NCBI GenBank assembly: GCA_035316005.1
Contig: DATFXK010000008.1
Coordinates: forward strand, 1-59,982
Source: Acidimicrobiia bacterium
GTDB taxonomy: Bacteria; Actinomycetota; Acidimicrobiia; IMCC26256; JACDBD01
Direction of reading: 5' to 3'
DNA length: 59,982 nucleotides
How positions within the stretch are numbered: position 1 is the first letter of the stretch; every line of letters begins with the position of its first letter. Below are positions 1-11,822 of this stretch, in pieces. Under the pieces are notes generated by a model. That model saw nothing but the letters and a program-made list of their open reading frames with translations, did not search any database and had not been told where the DNA came from. Both the position numbers and the translations under genes were made by a program.

Positions 1-882
1 GTCCATCGCGTTCATGCCCATCACCTTCAGGTCGTCGCCGGTGGGCTGGAACGTAAGAACGGGAACACCGCGTCGCCGGATCCGCGCCGCTTCCTGGCCC
101 AGGTAGAACCGACACATCCGGCGCGCCGGGAGGTCGAGCGACGGGCGCAGCCGGTTCCCGGCCACTGACATCGGCGAGCTCACGAGCACGAGGTCCAGCT
201 CGCGATCTGCCAGCAGGTCGGCGTTCGTGGGTGAGTGGGCGCCGCCGTCGACATAGGTGACGCCGCCGATCGTCACCGGAGCGAAGAAGCTCGGGATCGC
301 GCACGAGGCGGAGACCGCGTCGGCGACGTGCGCCGCGGGTGCGCCATCCCGCCCGAACACGATCCGGCGGCCGTCCCGCAGCCCCACTGCCGTGAGCCAC
401 AGGTCTCGGTCCGGCCAGTCGGCGCCGAACAGGGGCCGGAGCGGCGCCGCCACCAGCTCGGTCGGAACCGCGCCCGCCGGGAGGGCGCCGGCGAGCATGA
501 CGCCGGGGCGGTTCATCCAGAACGGGCGCAGCGCCGCCCGCACGAGGAGGGACGGCGACGCCATGCGCGGGAGGCCCCCCCGACCGGGGGGCCGGTTCGG
601 CAGTCGGGCCGACACGCCGGCCCGCTCGGAGCGGTCGAGGAGCTCGGCGCCCTCGGGCGACAACCTGTCGCCCGTCGAGCGGGCGGCAAGGTCCCGGGCC
701 GAGAACCCCGAGCGCAGCAGGGCGCCGACGACCGAGCCCGCCGACGTCCCGACGATCACCTCGGCCTCGCGGGGATCCCAGCCCGTGGCGGCGGCCAGCC
801 CGTCGAGAACCCCGGCGTGGTAGGCGTGCCCGACGACACCGCCGGCGCCGAGGACCAGGCCGATGCGGTGTGGGGGCGCCAC
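1..882 (-). CDS. patatin-like phospholipase (3' end beyond window edge)
   Basis: Absent from the ORF track because it runs off the left edge. Reverse translation from GTG at 882 gives VAPPHRIGLVLGAGGVVGHAYHAGVL...VGTSAGS...YVDGGAHSPTNADL, i.e. patatin GxGxxG, GxSxG and DG[GA] motifs. I translated both ends (codons 1-60 and 1-240 nt side) and saw no stop down to position 1. Confidence 0.8.
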   Translation of the reverse strand, partial: MAPPHRIGLVLGAGGVVGHAYHAGVLDGLAAATGWDPREAEVIVGTSAGSVVGALLRSGFSARDLAARSTGDRLSPEGAELLDRSERAGVSARLPNRPPGRGGLPRMASPSLLVRAALRPFWMNRPGVMLAGALPAGAVPTELVAAPLRPLFGADWPDRDLWLTAVGLRDGRRIVFGRDGAPAAHVADAVSASCAIPSFFAPVTIGGVTYVDGGAHSPTNADLLADRELDLVLVSSPMSVAGNRLRPSLDLPARRMCRFYLGQEAARIRRRGVPVLTFQPTGDDLKVMGMNAMD

Positions 883-972
883 GGGTCGATCGTAGGTCTC
901 GCATCCGTCGCCGAAGGCCGGTAGCCTGCTGAGCGCATTGGCAACATCAGCAACATCCTGAACAGCTTCCCC

Positions 973-1608
973 ATGCGTTTACGCCGTCTCGCCCTGCTCC
1001 TCTTCTCTGCCGTGCTCGCCGTCGCGGCCGTGGTCGCCTGCGCCCCGGTGAAGCCGGGGGCACCGGGCTCGGTGTCGGTCATGGGGACGTCCGACCTCAC
1101 GTCCGACCAGCTCGCCGCGTTCTTCTGGGCCAACCAGCCCCCCGGCAGCCCGTGTCTGACGGTCTCGGTCGAGCAGCTGGCGGCAGACTTCGTCTGGGAC
1201 GGGAACGTCGAGAACGTGCGCGGTGACATTGGCTTCGCGCAGTCGATCATCGAGACGGGGTGGTTCCGTTATGGCGGCCAGGTGCAGTGCGGGCAGAACA
1301 ACTTCGGCGGCCTCGGCGCGGTGGATGGCGGCGCCGGGGGCGCGAGCTTCCCCGATGCCGACACCGGCGTGCGGGCCCAGATTCAGCACTTGCGGGCCTA
1401 CGCCGACGCAACCGCGACGAGCTGCACGCAGCCGCCCCTGCACACTCCGTGCGTCGACCCACGCTTCGGCTTCGTGAGTCCGAAGGGCAAAGCGCCGACG
1501 TGGAACCAGATGGGCAACGGCAACTGGGCCACCGACCCGAGCTACGGCGCGAAGGTGATCAACCTCTACAACCAGATGCGGGCCTCCGCCGGGCTGCCCG
1601 GCGTCTGA
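973..1608 (+). CDS. secreted/lipoprotein glucosaminidase-like cell-wall hydrolase
   Basis: 211-aa ORF with a signal peptide and lipobox-like AVVAC. IGFAQSIIETGWF...NNFGGLGA resembles the mannosyl-glycoprotein endo-beta-N-acetylglucosaminidase domain. Confidence 0.65.
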   Translation: MRLRRLALLLFSAVLAVAAVVACAPVKPGAPGSVSVMGTSDLTSDQLAAFFWANQPPGSPCLTVSVEQLAADFVWDGNVENVRGDIGFAQSIIETGWFRYGGQVQCGQNNFGGLGAVDGGAGGASFPDADTGVRAQIQHLRAYADATATSCTQPPLHTPCVDPRFGFVSPKGKAPTWNQMGNGNWATDPSYGAKVINLYNQMRASAGLPGV

Positions 1609-1615
1609 CCGGCGG

Positions 1616-2416
1616 TCAGACGGGCCGGAGCGTTACCCGCAGCGGGCGGTGGTCCGAGCCCACCTCGCCGAGCACCGCTCCGTCGACGACCTCGACGTCG
1701 TCGCGCACGAGCACATGGTCGATCTGACTGTGCGGCCGGTGCGCGGGCCACGTGCGGCCGCGCACGGCTCGCCGCCAGCCGGGGAGCATGGCGATGACCG
1801 CCGGCCCCCAGAGGTTGAAGTCCCCGATGATCACCGCGCGTCGATCGAGCGCGGGGAGGCGTCGCCGGAGATTGCGGAGCTGTATCGGCGACGCGTACGG
1901 GAGCCGCGAGCTCAGGTGCACCGCGATGAGATCGAGATCGTGGCCGCCGATGTCCAGCGCCACGTGCAGGGCGAATCGGCGCGATGCGGGATCACCCGGC
2001 ACGTCCCCGACGGGAATGACCTCGACGATCCTTGCCGGGACGCGACTCATGACGGCGAGGCCGAAGCGGCCGCAGCTCCGATGGGAGCGCGCCGAGGTGA
2101 AATGTGGCCACGGGTCCACGCTCCCGCGCCCGAACGAAGCCCAGTGCACCGACGCGCCGCGCTCGGCGGCAACGACATCGACGTCGCTCGGCCCGTCGTC
2201 GGGCCACCATCCCTCCTGCACGACCAGGACATCGGCGTCGAAGCCGCGCAGGGCGCCGGCGACGTCGAATGCCCCGTTCGACCTCGCCGTCGGCGGAGGA
2301 GGGCGGTGCGGGCGCAGCCTCGGCACCGAGATGCCACGGTGGCGCTTCCCGCCGTGCACGTTGAGTGTGACGACCGTGAGATCGTTCGCGTCGCTCACCA
2401 GCGAAGAGCTTGGCAC
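1616..2416 (-). CDS. endonuclease/exonuclease/phosphatase (EEP) family protein
   Basis: 266-aa ORF. VVTLNVHGG at the N-terminus, IIGDFN, and C-terminal SQIDHVLV...GSDHRPL are the EEP catalytic signature blocks. Confidence 0.75.
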   Translation of the reverse strand: MPSSSLVSDANDLTVVTLNVHGGKRHRGISVPRLRPHRPPPPTARSNGAFDVAGALRGFDADVLVVQEGWWPDDGPSDVDVVAAERGASVHWASFGRGSVDPWPHFTSARSHRSCGRFGLAVMSRVPARIVEVIPVGDVPGDPASRRFALHVALDIGGHDLDLIAVHLSSRLPYASPIQLRNLRRRLPALDRRAVIIGDFNLWGPAVIAMLPGWRRAVRGRTWPAHRPHSQIDHVLVRDDVEVVDGAVLGEVGSDHRPLRVTLRPV

Positions 2417-2523
2417 CCGACCGCGAGCACGTCGGCGCGCCCGACCTAGGCTCGCCGGGTCGCGGCCGGACCGTCACGGCGGGCCCGGTGGCCGCGGGCC
2501 GGCAGAGAACGAAGGAGCGTGAA

Positions 2524-3345
2524 ATGCCCGATGTCGAGGCGACCACCGACGTCAGCGACGCGTTCGACCTGTCGGATCGCGTGGCCGTGCTCACGGGCGC
2601 CGCCAGCGGCATCGGGCGTGCAACCGCGCAGGTGCTGGCGGGCGCGGGCGCGACCGTCGTGCTCGGCGATGTCGACGAGAAGGGTGCTCAAGCGACCGCC
2701 GACGAGATCGCGTCCCGAGGCGGCACCGCGCTCCCACTCCGGACGGACGTCACGAAACGAGCCGACGTCGACGCACTCGTCGACCGGGCCGCCGGCGAGT
2801 ACGGCCGCGTCGACATCATGGGGAACATCGCCGGCATCCCCCACAACCAGATGGTCGCCGACGTGACCGACGAGGAATTCGAGCGGATCCTGGCGATCAA
2901 CCTGAAGAGTGTCTTCTACGGATGCCAGGCCGCGCTGCGCGTCATGACGCCGCAGAAGTCGGGCAGCATCATCAACATCTCGTCCGGCGCCATCGACACC
3001 CCCGCGCCCACGCTGGCTTGCTACGGGATGACGAAGGCGGCCGTCGCCATGCTCACCAAGACGGTGGCGATGGAGGCGGGGCCGGCGGGCATCCGGGTGA
3101 ACGCGCTGGCGCCGGGGGTGATCCTGACGAACTTCTCGCGCCAGCACTTCGTCGACGCTGACGGCACGGTGAACGAGGAACGCCTGCAGCAGTACAAGCG
3201 GAACTTCGGTGCGATGTCGCCGCTGGGCCGGATCGGCACGCCGGAGGACATCGCGTGGTCGATCCTCTACCTCGTTTCGGACGCGGCGGCGTTCGTTACC
3301 GGCCAGATCATCCGCCCCAATGGCGGCGTCTCGATGCCCTGGTAG
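2524..3345 (+). CDS. SDR family oxidoreductase
   Basis: ATG at 2524 is preceded by GAAGGAG (2511-2517). TGAASGIGRATA Rossmann motif, NIAG, and a Y..K active-site region (CYGMTKAAV). The ORF-track start at 2410 is probably too far upstream. Confidence 0.85.
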   Translation: MPDVEATTDVSDAFDLSDRVAVLTGAASGIGRATAQVLAGAGATVVLGDVDEKGAQATADEIASRGGTALPLRTDVTKRADVDALVDRAAGEYGRVDIMGNIAGIPHNQMVADVTDEEFERILAINLKSVFYGCQAALRVMTPQKSGSIINISSGAIDTPAPTLACYGMTKAAVAMLTKTVAMEAGPAGIRVNALAPGVILTNFSRQHFVDADGTVNEERLQQYKRNFGAMSPLGRIGTPEDIAWSILYLVSDAAAFVTGQIIRPNGGVSMPW

Positions 3346-3347
3346 CG

Positions 3348-4937
3348 CTACCGCGACAGCGCGGCGACGACACGCCGCCGCGCATCCGCCGCCAGCGCGG
3401 CGCGAGCGGCGTTGGCGCCGCAGGCGCCGTGTACCCCACCGCCGGGATGGGCGGACGCCGACGCGAGGAACAGTCCACGGATCGGTGTCTCGGCCCGCCC
3501 CAGGCCCACGGTGGGGCGGAAGATGAGCTGCTGGTGCAGCTGCGCCGTTCCCCCGTTGACGGCACCGCCGACCAGGTTGGCATCGGCGGCCTCGAGCATC
3601 GGCGGCGTCAGGACGCTGCGACCGACGACGCGGTCGATGAACCCGGGCGCCCGCGATTCGAGCTCGCGCTCGACGCGCGTCAGGAACGCCTCCGTCTCGC
3701 GCTCGTCCCACTTTCCCGACAGATCCCCGCCGGCGTCGGCGACGGGATGGTGCGGCACGTGCGTGTAGCCCCAGAGGCTCTCCGTCCCCGGCGGTGACCG
3801 TGTCGGGTCGCTCGTGGTCATTTGCCCGATGAGCACGAACGGGCGGGCCGGGATGTGGCCCGTCGCGAGCTGGGTCGCAAACTCGCTGAGGTGGTCGAGC
3901 GAATCGCCGAGGTGCACGGTGCCGGCGCGTCGCGCGGGCTCCGCCGTCCAGGGGACCGGCCCGTCGAGCGCCCAGTCGATCTTCACCGTCGCGTGGTCGT
4001 ACCGGAACCGCCGCATCCCGTCGACGACGCGCGCCGGCAGATGCTCCTCGCGCACGAGTGAGCCGTAGAGCGCAGGGGCACCGACATCGGCGAGCACGGC
4101 CCGCGGCGCGTCGACCTCGTCGCCGTGCTCGGTGCGCACCGCTACCGCCCGCCGGCCGCGCACCTCGATCGACGTGACCGCCGTCGAGCAGACCACGCGC
4201 CCGCCGCGGGCGTCGAGCCGCCGCACGAGCGCATCTGTGAGCCGGCCGGCGCCCCCCTGGGGAACGGGGAACCCGTGCTCTTGGCCCAGCGACGCCAGCA
4301 GCCAGCCGAACAGGCCGCCGAGCGTCTGCTCGGGTCCGAGGTCGGTGTGCAGCGTGTTGCCGCCGAGGAGCAACCCGCCGCCCGTACCCGAGAAGGCCTC
4401 GTCGGCCATCGTGCGGACGGGAAGGAGCAAGAGCCGGGCGAAGCGCCCCCATTCGGCCGGGCCCAACGCCGCTGCCAACCGGGCGCCCGCGAGCACGGGC
4501 GGAAACGGCGTCAGCAGCGCATCGACGAGATGGCGGCCGACCCGTTGCCAGCGCGCGTAGAGGTCGCGCCAGGCGGCGCCGTCGCCGGGCGCGTCGTTGT
4601 CGAGCGACGCCGCCGTCTCGTCCAGGTCGGTCGACAACACCACGCAACCGCCGTCGGGAGTCGGGTTCGCCAGGGCGATCGGCGCGTGGCGCCACCGGAG
4701 GCCGAACTCCTCGAGCCCGAGGCTGCGGATCACCGGCGAGGCCGCCGCGAGGGGATAGAAGGCACTGAACCGGTCGTGCACGTACCCGGGCTCGGTGACC
4801 TCGCCGCTGCGCACGGCGCCGCCGGGATCGGGCTGCGCCTCGAGCACGAGCACCTGCCAACCCTGGTCGGCGAGGAGGTTGGCGCCGACGAGGCCGTTGG
4901 GCCCGCTGCCGATCACGACCGCGTCGGGCGACGTCAT
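3348..4937 (-). CDS. NAD(P)/FAD-dependent oxidoreductase, phytoene-desaturase (CrtI-like) family
   Basis: Internal start MTSPDAVVIGSGPNGLVGANLLADQGWQVLVLEA (GxGxxG dinucleotide fold). Length of about 529 aa is typical of the family. The start overlaps the stop of the upstream small ORF. Confidence 0.75.
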   Translation of the reverse strand: MTSPDAVVIGSGPNGLVGANLLADQGWQVLVLEAQPDPGGAVRSGEVTEPGYVHDRFSAFYPLAAASPVIRSLGLEEFGLRWRHAPIALANPTPDGGCVVLSTDLDETAASLDNDAPGDGAAWRDLYARWQRVGRHLVDALLTPFPPVLAGARLAAALGPAEWGRFARLLLLPVRTMADEAFSGTGGGLLLGGNTLHTDLGPEQTLGGLFGWLLASLGQEHGFPVPQGGAGRLTDALVRRLDARGGRVVCSTAVTSIEVRGRRAVAVRTEHGDEVDAPRAVLADVGAPALYGSLVREEHLPARVVDGMRRFRYDHATVKIDWALDGPVPWTAEPARRAGTVHLGDSLDHLSEFATQLATGHIPARPFVLIGQMTTSDPTRSPPGTESLWGYTHVPHHPVADAGGDLSGKWDERETEAFLTRVERELESRAPGFIDRVVGRSVLTPPMLEAADANLVGGAVNGGTAQLHQQLIFRPTVGLGRAETPIRGLFLASASAHPGGGVHGACGANAARAALAADARRRVVAALSR

Positions 4938-5287
4938 CACGCCTCCCGTTCTCCTCGCCTGCGCCGGCAGTCCTCGAGGAGCTCGAGCACCTCGGTGTCG
5001 ACGGCGGAAGCCTCGGGCCCGTATCCGAGCACCGCGGTTCCCTGTGCGCGGCAGTGCGGGCACGCCAGCCCGACCACGGCGAGCATGTCGGCAGGGTCGG
5101 ACGCGCCCTCGAGCCGGCGGAGCTGCCGGAACACAGTGTCGTCGGCGGGCGAGAGCCGGTGGCAGGTGAGGCACTCGATCTGGCCACCTTCCCGGGGCAT
5201 GAACTGCCCCGTGAACCCCTGCGACTCGAGCTCGCCGAGCACGTCGAGGATCGTCTCGTCCTCGCCCTCGCCGGGGACAGAGTCCAT
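4937..5287 (-). CDS. hypothetical acidic protein with CxxC...CxxC zinc-ribbon-like pair
   Basis: 116-aa ORF with high GC3. CLTCH and CPHC pairs. Its stop overlaps the start of the downstream oxidoreductase, which suggests translational coupling. Confidence 0.55.
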   Translation of the reverse strand: MDSVPGEGEDETILDVLGELESQGFTGQFMPREGGQIECLTCHRLSPADDTVFRQLRRLEGASDPADMLAVVGLACPHCRAQGTAVLGYGPEASAVDTEVLELLEDCRRRRGEREA

Positions 5288-5474
5288 CGCTCCGACCGTA
5301 CCCTCGGCATCGTCGCGATCACGTCTCCGCGCGACACCTGCGGCGCGCGGCCGTTCATCAAGGCTCTGACCTGCTATGATGAAGGCCGCGAGCCCACAAC
5401 CACGCGCTCGCGGGTCGCCTCATCGCTTCCGTTCGCGGTTCGCGCACGGGTCCGAGGAGACCCACCGTCGCAGC

Positions 5475-6689
5475 ATGCGGCGGGCGCACAGACGAACCGG
5501 AACACGAAAGCGAGCTTCCTTGCCATCCACGTTCGAGTCGCTCGGCGTCGCCGCCGATCTCGTCGCCGCGCTCGAGCGCGACGGCATCACCGACCCGTTT
5601 CCCATCCAGGCAATGACCATCCCCGACGCGCTCACCGGCCGCGACCTGTGCGGGAAGGCGAAGACGGGGTCGGGCAAGACCCTGGCGTTCGGACTTCCGC
5701 TCCTGGAGCGCATCGGCCGGGCCGAGCCGAAGGCCCCACGGGCGCTGGTGCTCACGCCGACCCGTGAGCTCGCTAACCAAGTGAAGAACGTCCTCGCCCC
5801 GCTCGGCAAGCTGCGTGGAGTGCGGGTCGCCGCCGTTTACGGCGGCGCGTCGATGGACAGCCAGATCTCTGCGCTCCGCAACGGGGTCGACGCCGTGATC
5901 GGCACGCCCGGCCGGCTCATCGACCTCCTGGAGCGGCACGAGCTGTTTTTGCGGGCCGTCGAGGTGCTCGTCGTCGACGAGGCCGACCGCATGGCCGACC
6001 TCGGTTTCATGCCGCAGGTCCAGAAGCTGCTCCACCGCATCGAGTCGGAGCACCAGACGATGCTGTTCTCGGCCACGCTCGACGGCGGCGTGCGACAGCT
6101 CGTCAACCGGTACATGCACGATCCCGCTCGTCATGAGGTCGAGTCCCGTGAGCCCACGGTCGACGAGATGCAGCATCGCTTCCTCCACGTCCACCAGATG
6201 GACAAGGTCAAGGTCGCGGCCGCCATCGCCGGCGGTGCGGATCGAACGCTCGTCTTCGTCCGTACCAAGCGCGGCGCCGACCGCCTCGTGAGCCAGCTCC
6301 GCCGCGAGGGCGTGCGTGCCGGCGCCATCCACGGCGATCTCCGTCAGGGTGCCCGGGAGCGGGCGCTGGCCGACTTCTCCCAGGGGAAGCTGCCCGTGCT
6401 CGTGGCCACCGACGTAGCCGCACGCGGCATCCACGTCGACAACGTCGACGTGGTCGTGCACTACGACCCCGCCGAGGACCAGAAGGCCTACCTCCACCGG
6501 TCGGGTCGGACCGCGCGCGCCGGCGAAGCGGGCGTCGCCGTCACGCTGATGCTCTGGAACCAGGAGAACACGGTCCGCGTCGTGCAGCGGCGCCTCGGCC
6601 TCGACGAGCCGATCGTCGAAGTGTTCTCGAACGACCCCCGCCTCGCCGACCTGGGCGCCTTCGAAGCGACAGGCTCGGCGGTCGCCTGA
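5475..6689 (+). CDS. DEAD-box ATP-dependent RNA helicase
   Basis: Q-motif (FPIQ), [16 protein letters not shown] (DEAD), SAT and [10 protein letters not shown] motifs. The ORF-track ATG at 5376 sits inside a TATGAT -10-like hexamer, so I prefer ATG 5475. The start remains uncertain. Confidence 0.85.
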   Translation: MRRAHRRTGTRKRASLPSTFESLGVAADLVAALERDGITDPFPIQAMTIPDALTGRDLCGKAKTGSGKTLAFGLPLLERIGRAEPKAPRALVLTPTRELANQVKNVLAPLGKLRGVRVAAVYGGASMDSQISALRNGVDAVIGTPGRLIDLLERHELFLRAVEVLVVDEADRMADLGFMPQVQKLLHRIESEHQTMLFSATLDGGVRQLVNRYMHDPARHEVESREPTVDEMQHRFLHVHQMDKVKVAAAIAGGADRTLVFVRTKRGADRLVSQLRREGVRAGAIHGDLRQGARERALADFSQGKLPVLVATDVAARGIHVDNVDVVVHYDPAEDQKAYLHRSGRTARAGEAGVAVTLMLWNQENTVRVVQRRLGLDEPIVEVFSNDPRLADLGAFEATGSAVA

Positions 6690-6756
6690 CCATTCCGCTG
6701 CTGGGCGGCCGGGCAAAACGCGCCTCGCGGCCGGGGGCGCGTGTCACCATGGCGGC

Positions 6757-7947
6757 ATGACGCGTGTCTCCCGCCGGGCCGGCGCGATCACAGAGTCGGC
6801 GACCCTCGCCGTCGACTCCCGGGCGAAGGAGCTGCGGGCCGCGGGCGAGGACGTCATCGGCTTCGGTGCCGGCGAGCCCGACTATCCGACGCCCGAGCAC
6901 ATCGTGGTCGCCGCCGTCGAAGCCGCGCGCGACCCCCGCAACCACCGCTACTCGCCGTCGGCCGGCCTCCCCGAGCTCCGGCTGGCCATCGCCGAGAAGA
7001 CGCGCCGCGAGTCGGGCGTCGACTGCGAGGCGGCGCAGGTGCTCGTGACCAACGGAGCCAAGCACGCGTTGTACGAGGCGATGCAGGCGCTCGTCGACCC
7101 GGGCGACGAGGTCCTCCTCCCGGCGCCGTACTGGACGACGTACCCGGAGGCGATCGCCCTCGCCGGGGGCGAGCCCGTGATCGTCCCGACCACTGAGGCG
7201 GCGGAGTTCCGGGTGACGGTCGACCAGCTCGAGACGGCGCGGACGCCGCGCACGAAGGCGTTGTTCTTCGTGTCGCCGGGGAACCCGAGCGGCACCGTGT
7301 ACCCACCCGCCGAGATCAAGGCGATCGGGCGATGGGCGCACGAGAACGGCGTGTGGGTCGTGGCCGACGAGATCTACGAGCACCTCACGTACGGAAAGCG
7401 CGAGTTCACGTCGATGCCCGGCCTTCTTCCCGAGCTCGCCGACACGGCGCTGATCTTGAACGGTGTCGCCAAGACGTACGCCATGACGGGTTGGCGCGTC
7501 GGCTGGATCGTCGGGCCTCTCGACGTGATGAAGGCCGCGATCAACTTGCAGTCGCACTCGACGTCCAATGTCGGAAACGTGTCGCAGCGCGCCGCGATCG
7601 CGGCGCTCGAGGGCGGGTTGCAGGCGGTGACCGAGATGCGTGCCGCCTACGAGCGGCGGGGCGCCCGGATGTACGAGTTGCTGTCCGCGATCCCGGGCGT
7701 CACGTGCATGGAGCCGCAGGGCGCGTTCTACTGCTTCCCGTCGTTCGAAGGCGTGCTCGGCCGGGAGATCGGCGGGCGGACGCCACGCAACACCATCGAG
7801 CTGGCCTCGCTGCTGCTCGACGAGGCCAGGGTCGCCGTCGTTCCCGGCGAGGCGTTCGGCTCGCCCCGGTACGTGCGTATGACGTTCGCGGTCTCGGACG
7901 CCGACATCGAGGAGGGACTGCAGCGGATCGCGAAGCTGTTGGCATGA
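6757..7947 (+). CDS. aspC: pyridoxal-phosphate-dependent aminotransferase (aspartate aminotransferase class I)
   Basis: 396 aa. GAGEPD, a PGNPSG-type block and [15 protein letters not shown] (PLP lysine region) are typical of class I aminotransferases. Its stop overlaps the serA start (ATGA). Confidence 0.85.
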   Translation: MTRVSRRAGAITESATLAVDSRAKELRAAGEDVIGFGAGEPDYPTPEHIVVAAVEAARDPRNHRYSPSAGLPELRLAIAEKTRRESGVDCEAAQVLVTNGAKHALYEAMQALVDPGDEVLLPAPYWTTYPEAIALAGGEPVIVPTTEAAEFRVTVDQLETARTPRTKALFFVSPGNPSGTVYPPAEIKAIGRWAHENGVWVVADEIYEHLTYGKREFTSMPGLLPELADTALILNGVAKTYAMTGWRVGWIVGPLDVMKAAINLQSHSTSNVGNVSQRAAIAALEGGLQAVTEMRAAYERRGARMYELLSAIPGVTCMEPQGAFYCFPSFEGVLGREIGGRTPRNTIELASLLLDEARVAVVPGEAFGSPRYVRMTFAVSDADIEEGLQRIAKLLA

Positions 7948-9536
7948 CCGCGGCCACGCGTGTCCTCGTCGCCGAGCGGATCGCCCCCCGCGGCATCGAG
8001 GCGCTTCGAGCGGCGGGCCTCGAGGTCGACGAGCAGCTCGACCTGAGCCCGGAGCAATTGCTGGAAGAAGTACGCGACGCGTCGGCGCTCATCGTCCGCA
8101 GCGCGACGCCAGTGACGGCGGAGGTGCTCGCGGCGGCCGGCGACCTGGTCGTGGTCGGACGAGCCGGCATCGGGCTCGACAACGTCGACGTCGCGGCGGC
8201 GACGCGCCGGGGCGTCATGGTCGTGAACGCGCCCCAGTCGAACGTCTTGTCCGCGGCCGAGCACACGATCGCGCTGCTTCTCGCCCAGGCCCGCAACATC
8301 CCGCAGGCCGATCGCGACCTGCGGGACGGCAGCTGGAACCGGTCGCGCTGGGAGGGCGTCGAGCTGTACGGCAAGACGCTGGGCGTGGTCGGGCTCGGAC
8401 GCGTCGGCGTCCTGGTTGCCCAGCGCGGCCACGCCTTCGGCATGCGGCTGGCGGCGTACGACCCGTACGTCAGTGACGAGCGCGCTCGCCAGCTCGGGGT
8501 CCAGCTCATGCCGACGCTCGAGGACCTCGCGGCGACGGCCGACTTCCTCACCGTGCACCTGCCCAAGACGCCGGAGACGATGGGGCTCATCGGGCGGGAC
8601 GTCCTCGCCAAGGCGAAGCCGACGTTGAGGATCGTGAACACGGCCCGGGGCGGCATCGTGGACGAGGATGCGCTCGACGAGGCGCTCCGCGAATCGCGCA
8701 TCGCCGGCGCGGCCCTCGACGTGTTCGCGAAGGAGCCGACGACCGAATCGTCGCTGTTCGAGCTCGAGAACGTGGTCGTCACGCCCCACCTGGGCGCGTC
8801 GACCGCTGAGGCGCAGGACAAGGCGGGGCAGACGATCGCCGAGCAGGTCGTGCTCGCGCTGCGCGGCGACTTCGTGCCGTATGCGGTCAACGTGGCCGCC
8901 AGCGAGGCGTCCGAGACCGTGCGGCCGTTCCTCCCGCTCGCCGAGCGTCTCGGGTCGCTGTTCACGGCGCTCGCGGGTGCCGTACCGGACACGCTCGAAG
9001 TCACCTACGAGGGCGAGATCGCCGACTACGACTGCCGGGTTCTGACGCTGGCGATCACGCGCGGTGTGCTCGCCGCGGTCGTCGACGAGCCCGTGTCGTT
9101 CGTGAATGCGCCGCAGCTCGCCCAGATGCGCGGGCTCGAGCTGCGGGAGACGAAGACGTCGTCGTCGCGTGACTACGTGAACCTGGTGACGCTGCGGGGT
9201 CGTGTGAGCGGGCGTCCCGTGCACGTTGCCGGCACGCTCACAGGCCAGCGGGGCGAGCCCCGCATCGTCGGGATCGAGGACCACAGCATCGAGGTGCCGC
9301 CGGCGAGCCACATGCTCGTCGTCCGAAACGACGACGTCCCCGGCATGATCGGTCGGGTCGGGTCGATCCTCGGCGCCGCCGAGGTGAACATCGAGGACAT
9401 GCGAGTCGGCAAGAGCCCGTCCGGCGAGGCCGCGCTCATGGCCCTCACCACCTCGACACCCGTCCCCGCCGATGTCGTCGACCAACTGCGATCCGAGCGC
9501 GGCGTCGTCGACGCCAAAGCGATCGAGCTCGACTGA
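7944..9536 (+). CDS. serA: D-3-phosphoglycerate dehydrogenase (long form with ACT domain)
   Basis: [11 protein letters not shown]... start. GLGRVG NAD-binding motif and about 530 aa including a C-terminal ASB/ACT region. The 734-aa ORF-track entry includes an out-of-gene N-terminal extension inside aspC. Confidence 0.9.
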   Translation: MTAATRVLVAERIAPRGIEALRAAGLEVDEQLDLSPEQLLEEVRDASALIVRSATPVTAEVLAAAGDLVVVGRAGIGLDNVDVAAATRRGVMVVNAPQSNVLSAAEHTIALLLAQARNIPQADRDLRDGSWNRSRWEGVELYGKTLGVVGLGRVGVLVAQRGHAFGMRLAAYDPYVSDERARQLGVQLMPTLEDLAATADFLTVHLPKTPETMGLIGRDVLAKAKPTLRIVNTARGGIVDEDALDEALRESRIAGAALDVFAKEPTTESSLFELENVVVTPHLGASTAEAQDKAGQTIAEQVVLALRGDFVPYAVNVAASEASETVRPFLPLAERLGSLFTALAGAVPDTLEVTYEGEIADYDCRVLTLAITRGVLAAVVDEPVSFVNAPQLAQMRGLELRETKTSSSRDYVNLVTLRGRVSGRPVHVAGTLTGQRGEPRIVGIEDHSIEVPPASHMLVVRNDDVPGMIGRVGSILGAAEVNIEDMRVGKSPSGEAALMALTTSTPVPADVVDQLRSERGVVDAKAIELD

Positions 9537-9546
9537 ATCTCTGGTC

Positions 9547-9566
9547 GCACTTGCGAGCGCAAGTGC
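9547..9566 (+). terminator. perfect 9-bp hairpin after serA (no U-tract)
   Basis: GCACTTGCG-AG-CGCAAGTGC lies 10 nt after the serA stop. There is no T-run, so its terminator function is uncertain. Confidence 0.35.
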
Positions 9567-9639
9567 TCCAGCCAACAGGCGTTGCTTTCCGGTGCCGGGG
9601 GAACCCGGCCCCTGCCGGAGGTGCCGTGCCAGTCGGTAG

Positions 9640-10083
9640 CTACCGGTTCGCTTTCCGGAGGCCGTCGGCCTCGGCGGCGGCGGTGTCGCGGTAGCAGCGG
9701 TCGGGGTGGATGCGGTCGTAATTGAGGCCACCCTCGACGTGATAGATCCCGCTCGACATCTTCGCCTTCACCGGATAGCTCACCGGGCACGTTCCGTCGG
9801 CGGGCTCGACCCACGTGTCGCCGGCGCCGCCGGGAGCCGGCGCCGCCACAGGCTCGGCCGGTGTCACGGGTGCCGCCGCCCGAGGCGACGGGTTGTCGAC
9901 GTGCGGCTTGGGTGGGTACGGCGCCGGCTGGGGCTCCCAGCTCAAGCCGGTGTCGGCGCGCTGGGACTCCAGCCAGCGCCAGACCATGTATGCCGTGCCG
10001 GCCACCACGCTCAGCATGAACATTCGCCTCAGCAATCGCCTCACGGCCGTCTCCTCCTTCGGCGGGAACAGCCAGTCTCCCAC
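9640..10083 (-). CDS. membrane-anchored protein with C-terminal CP..YP.K....IYH-type small domain
   Basis: 147 aa. One N-terminal TM helix, a Pro/Ala-rich linker, then CPVSYPVKAKMSSGIYHVEGGLNYDRIHPDRCY..AAAEADGLRKA. From memory I associate this with the sunset-domain family. Confidence 0.6.
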   Translation of the reverse strand: MGDWLFPPKEETAVRRLLRRMFMLSVVAGTAYMVWRWLESQRADTGLSWEPQPAPYPPKPHVDNPSPRAAAPVTPAEPVAAPAPGGAGDTWVEPADGTCPVSYPVKAKMSSGIYHVEGGLNYDRIHPDRCYRDTAAAEADGLRKANR

Positions 10084-10134
10084 GCGCGAAAGAAATTGAC
10101 TCTTCCCCCGAATGACTGCGACGATGTCGATGCC

Positions 10135-10237
10135 ATGACGGAGGAACTGCGCGCCCAGAGCCTGCTCCTTACCTAGTTGCGAGCGCCTTCGGTGCTCGCG
10201 GACGCCTCCTCGTGCCTACGGGCCGGGGAGGTTTTTC
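10135..10237 (+). promoter_or_regulatory. leuA leader-peptide attenuator (leader ORF MTEELRAQSLLLT + hairpins + T-tract)
   Basis: Leader ORF runs ATG 10135 to TAG 10174-10176 with CTG CTC CTT at 10161-10169. Hairpin GCGAGCGC(C)-TTCG-GTGCTCGC at 10179-10199. GC-rich bulged hairpin at 10205-10231 followed by TTTTT at 10232-10236. leuA ATG is at 10281. Confidence 0.7.
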
Positions 10238-10280
10238 GTTGCCAACACACGAGGAATCAGATGCTGATCGGGAGACCGCG

Positions 10281-11818
<1,538 letters not shown>

Positions 11819-11822
<4 letters not shown>

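Noticed and set aside
883-972. Possible cyclic-di-AMP (ydaO-type) riboswitch upstream of the cell-wall hydrolase gene, as seen before rpf-type genes in other actinobacteria.
   Set aside because: The intergenic region is only about 90 nt, and I could not find the conserved pseudo-twofold helices or ACGGGG/CCCA-type blocks.
2446-5361. 971-aa ORF on the minus strand spanning three genes.
   Set aside because: Its product is an Arg/Pro/Ala/Gly low-complexity string. It lies out of frame or antisense to convincing SDR, CrtI-like and Zn-ribbon genes. This is a classic high-GC shadow ORF.
5376-5474. ATG 5376 as the start of the DEAD-box helicase.
   Set aside because: The ATG is part of a TATGAT -10-like hexamer. 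The extra 33 aa are Arg/Ser/Pro-rich without helicase homology. A long structured 5' UTR is common for these genes. The call remains uncertain.
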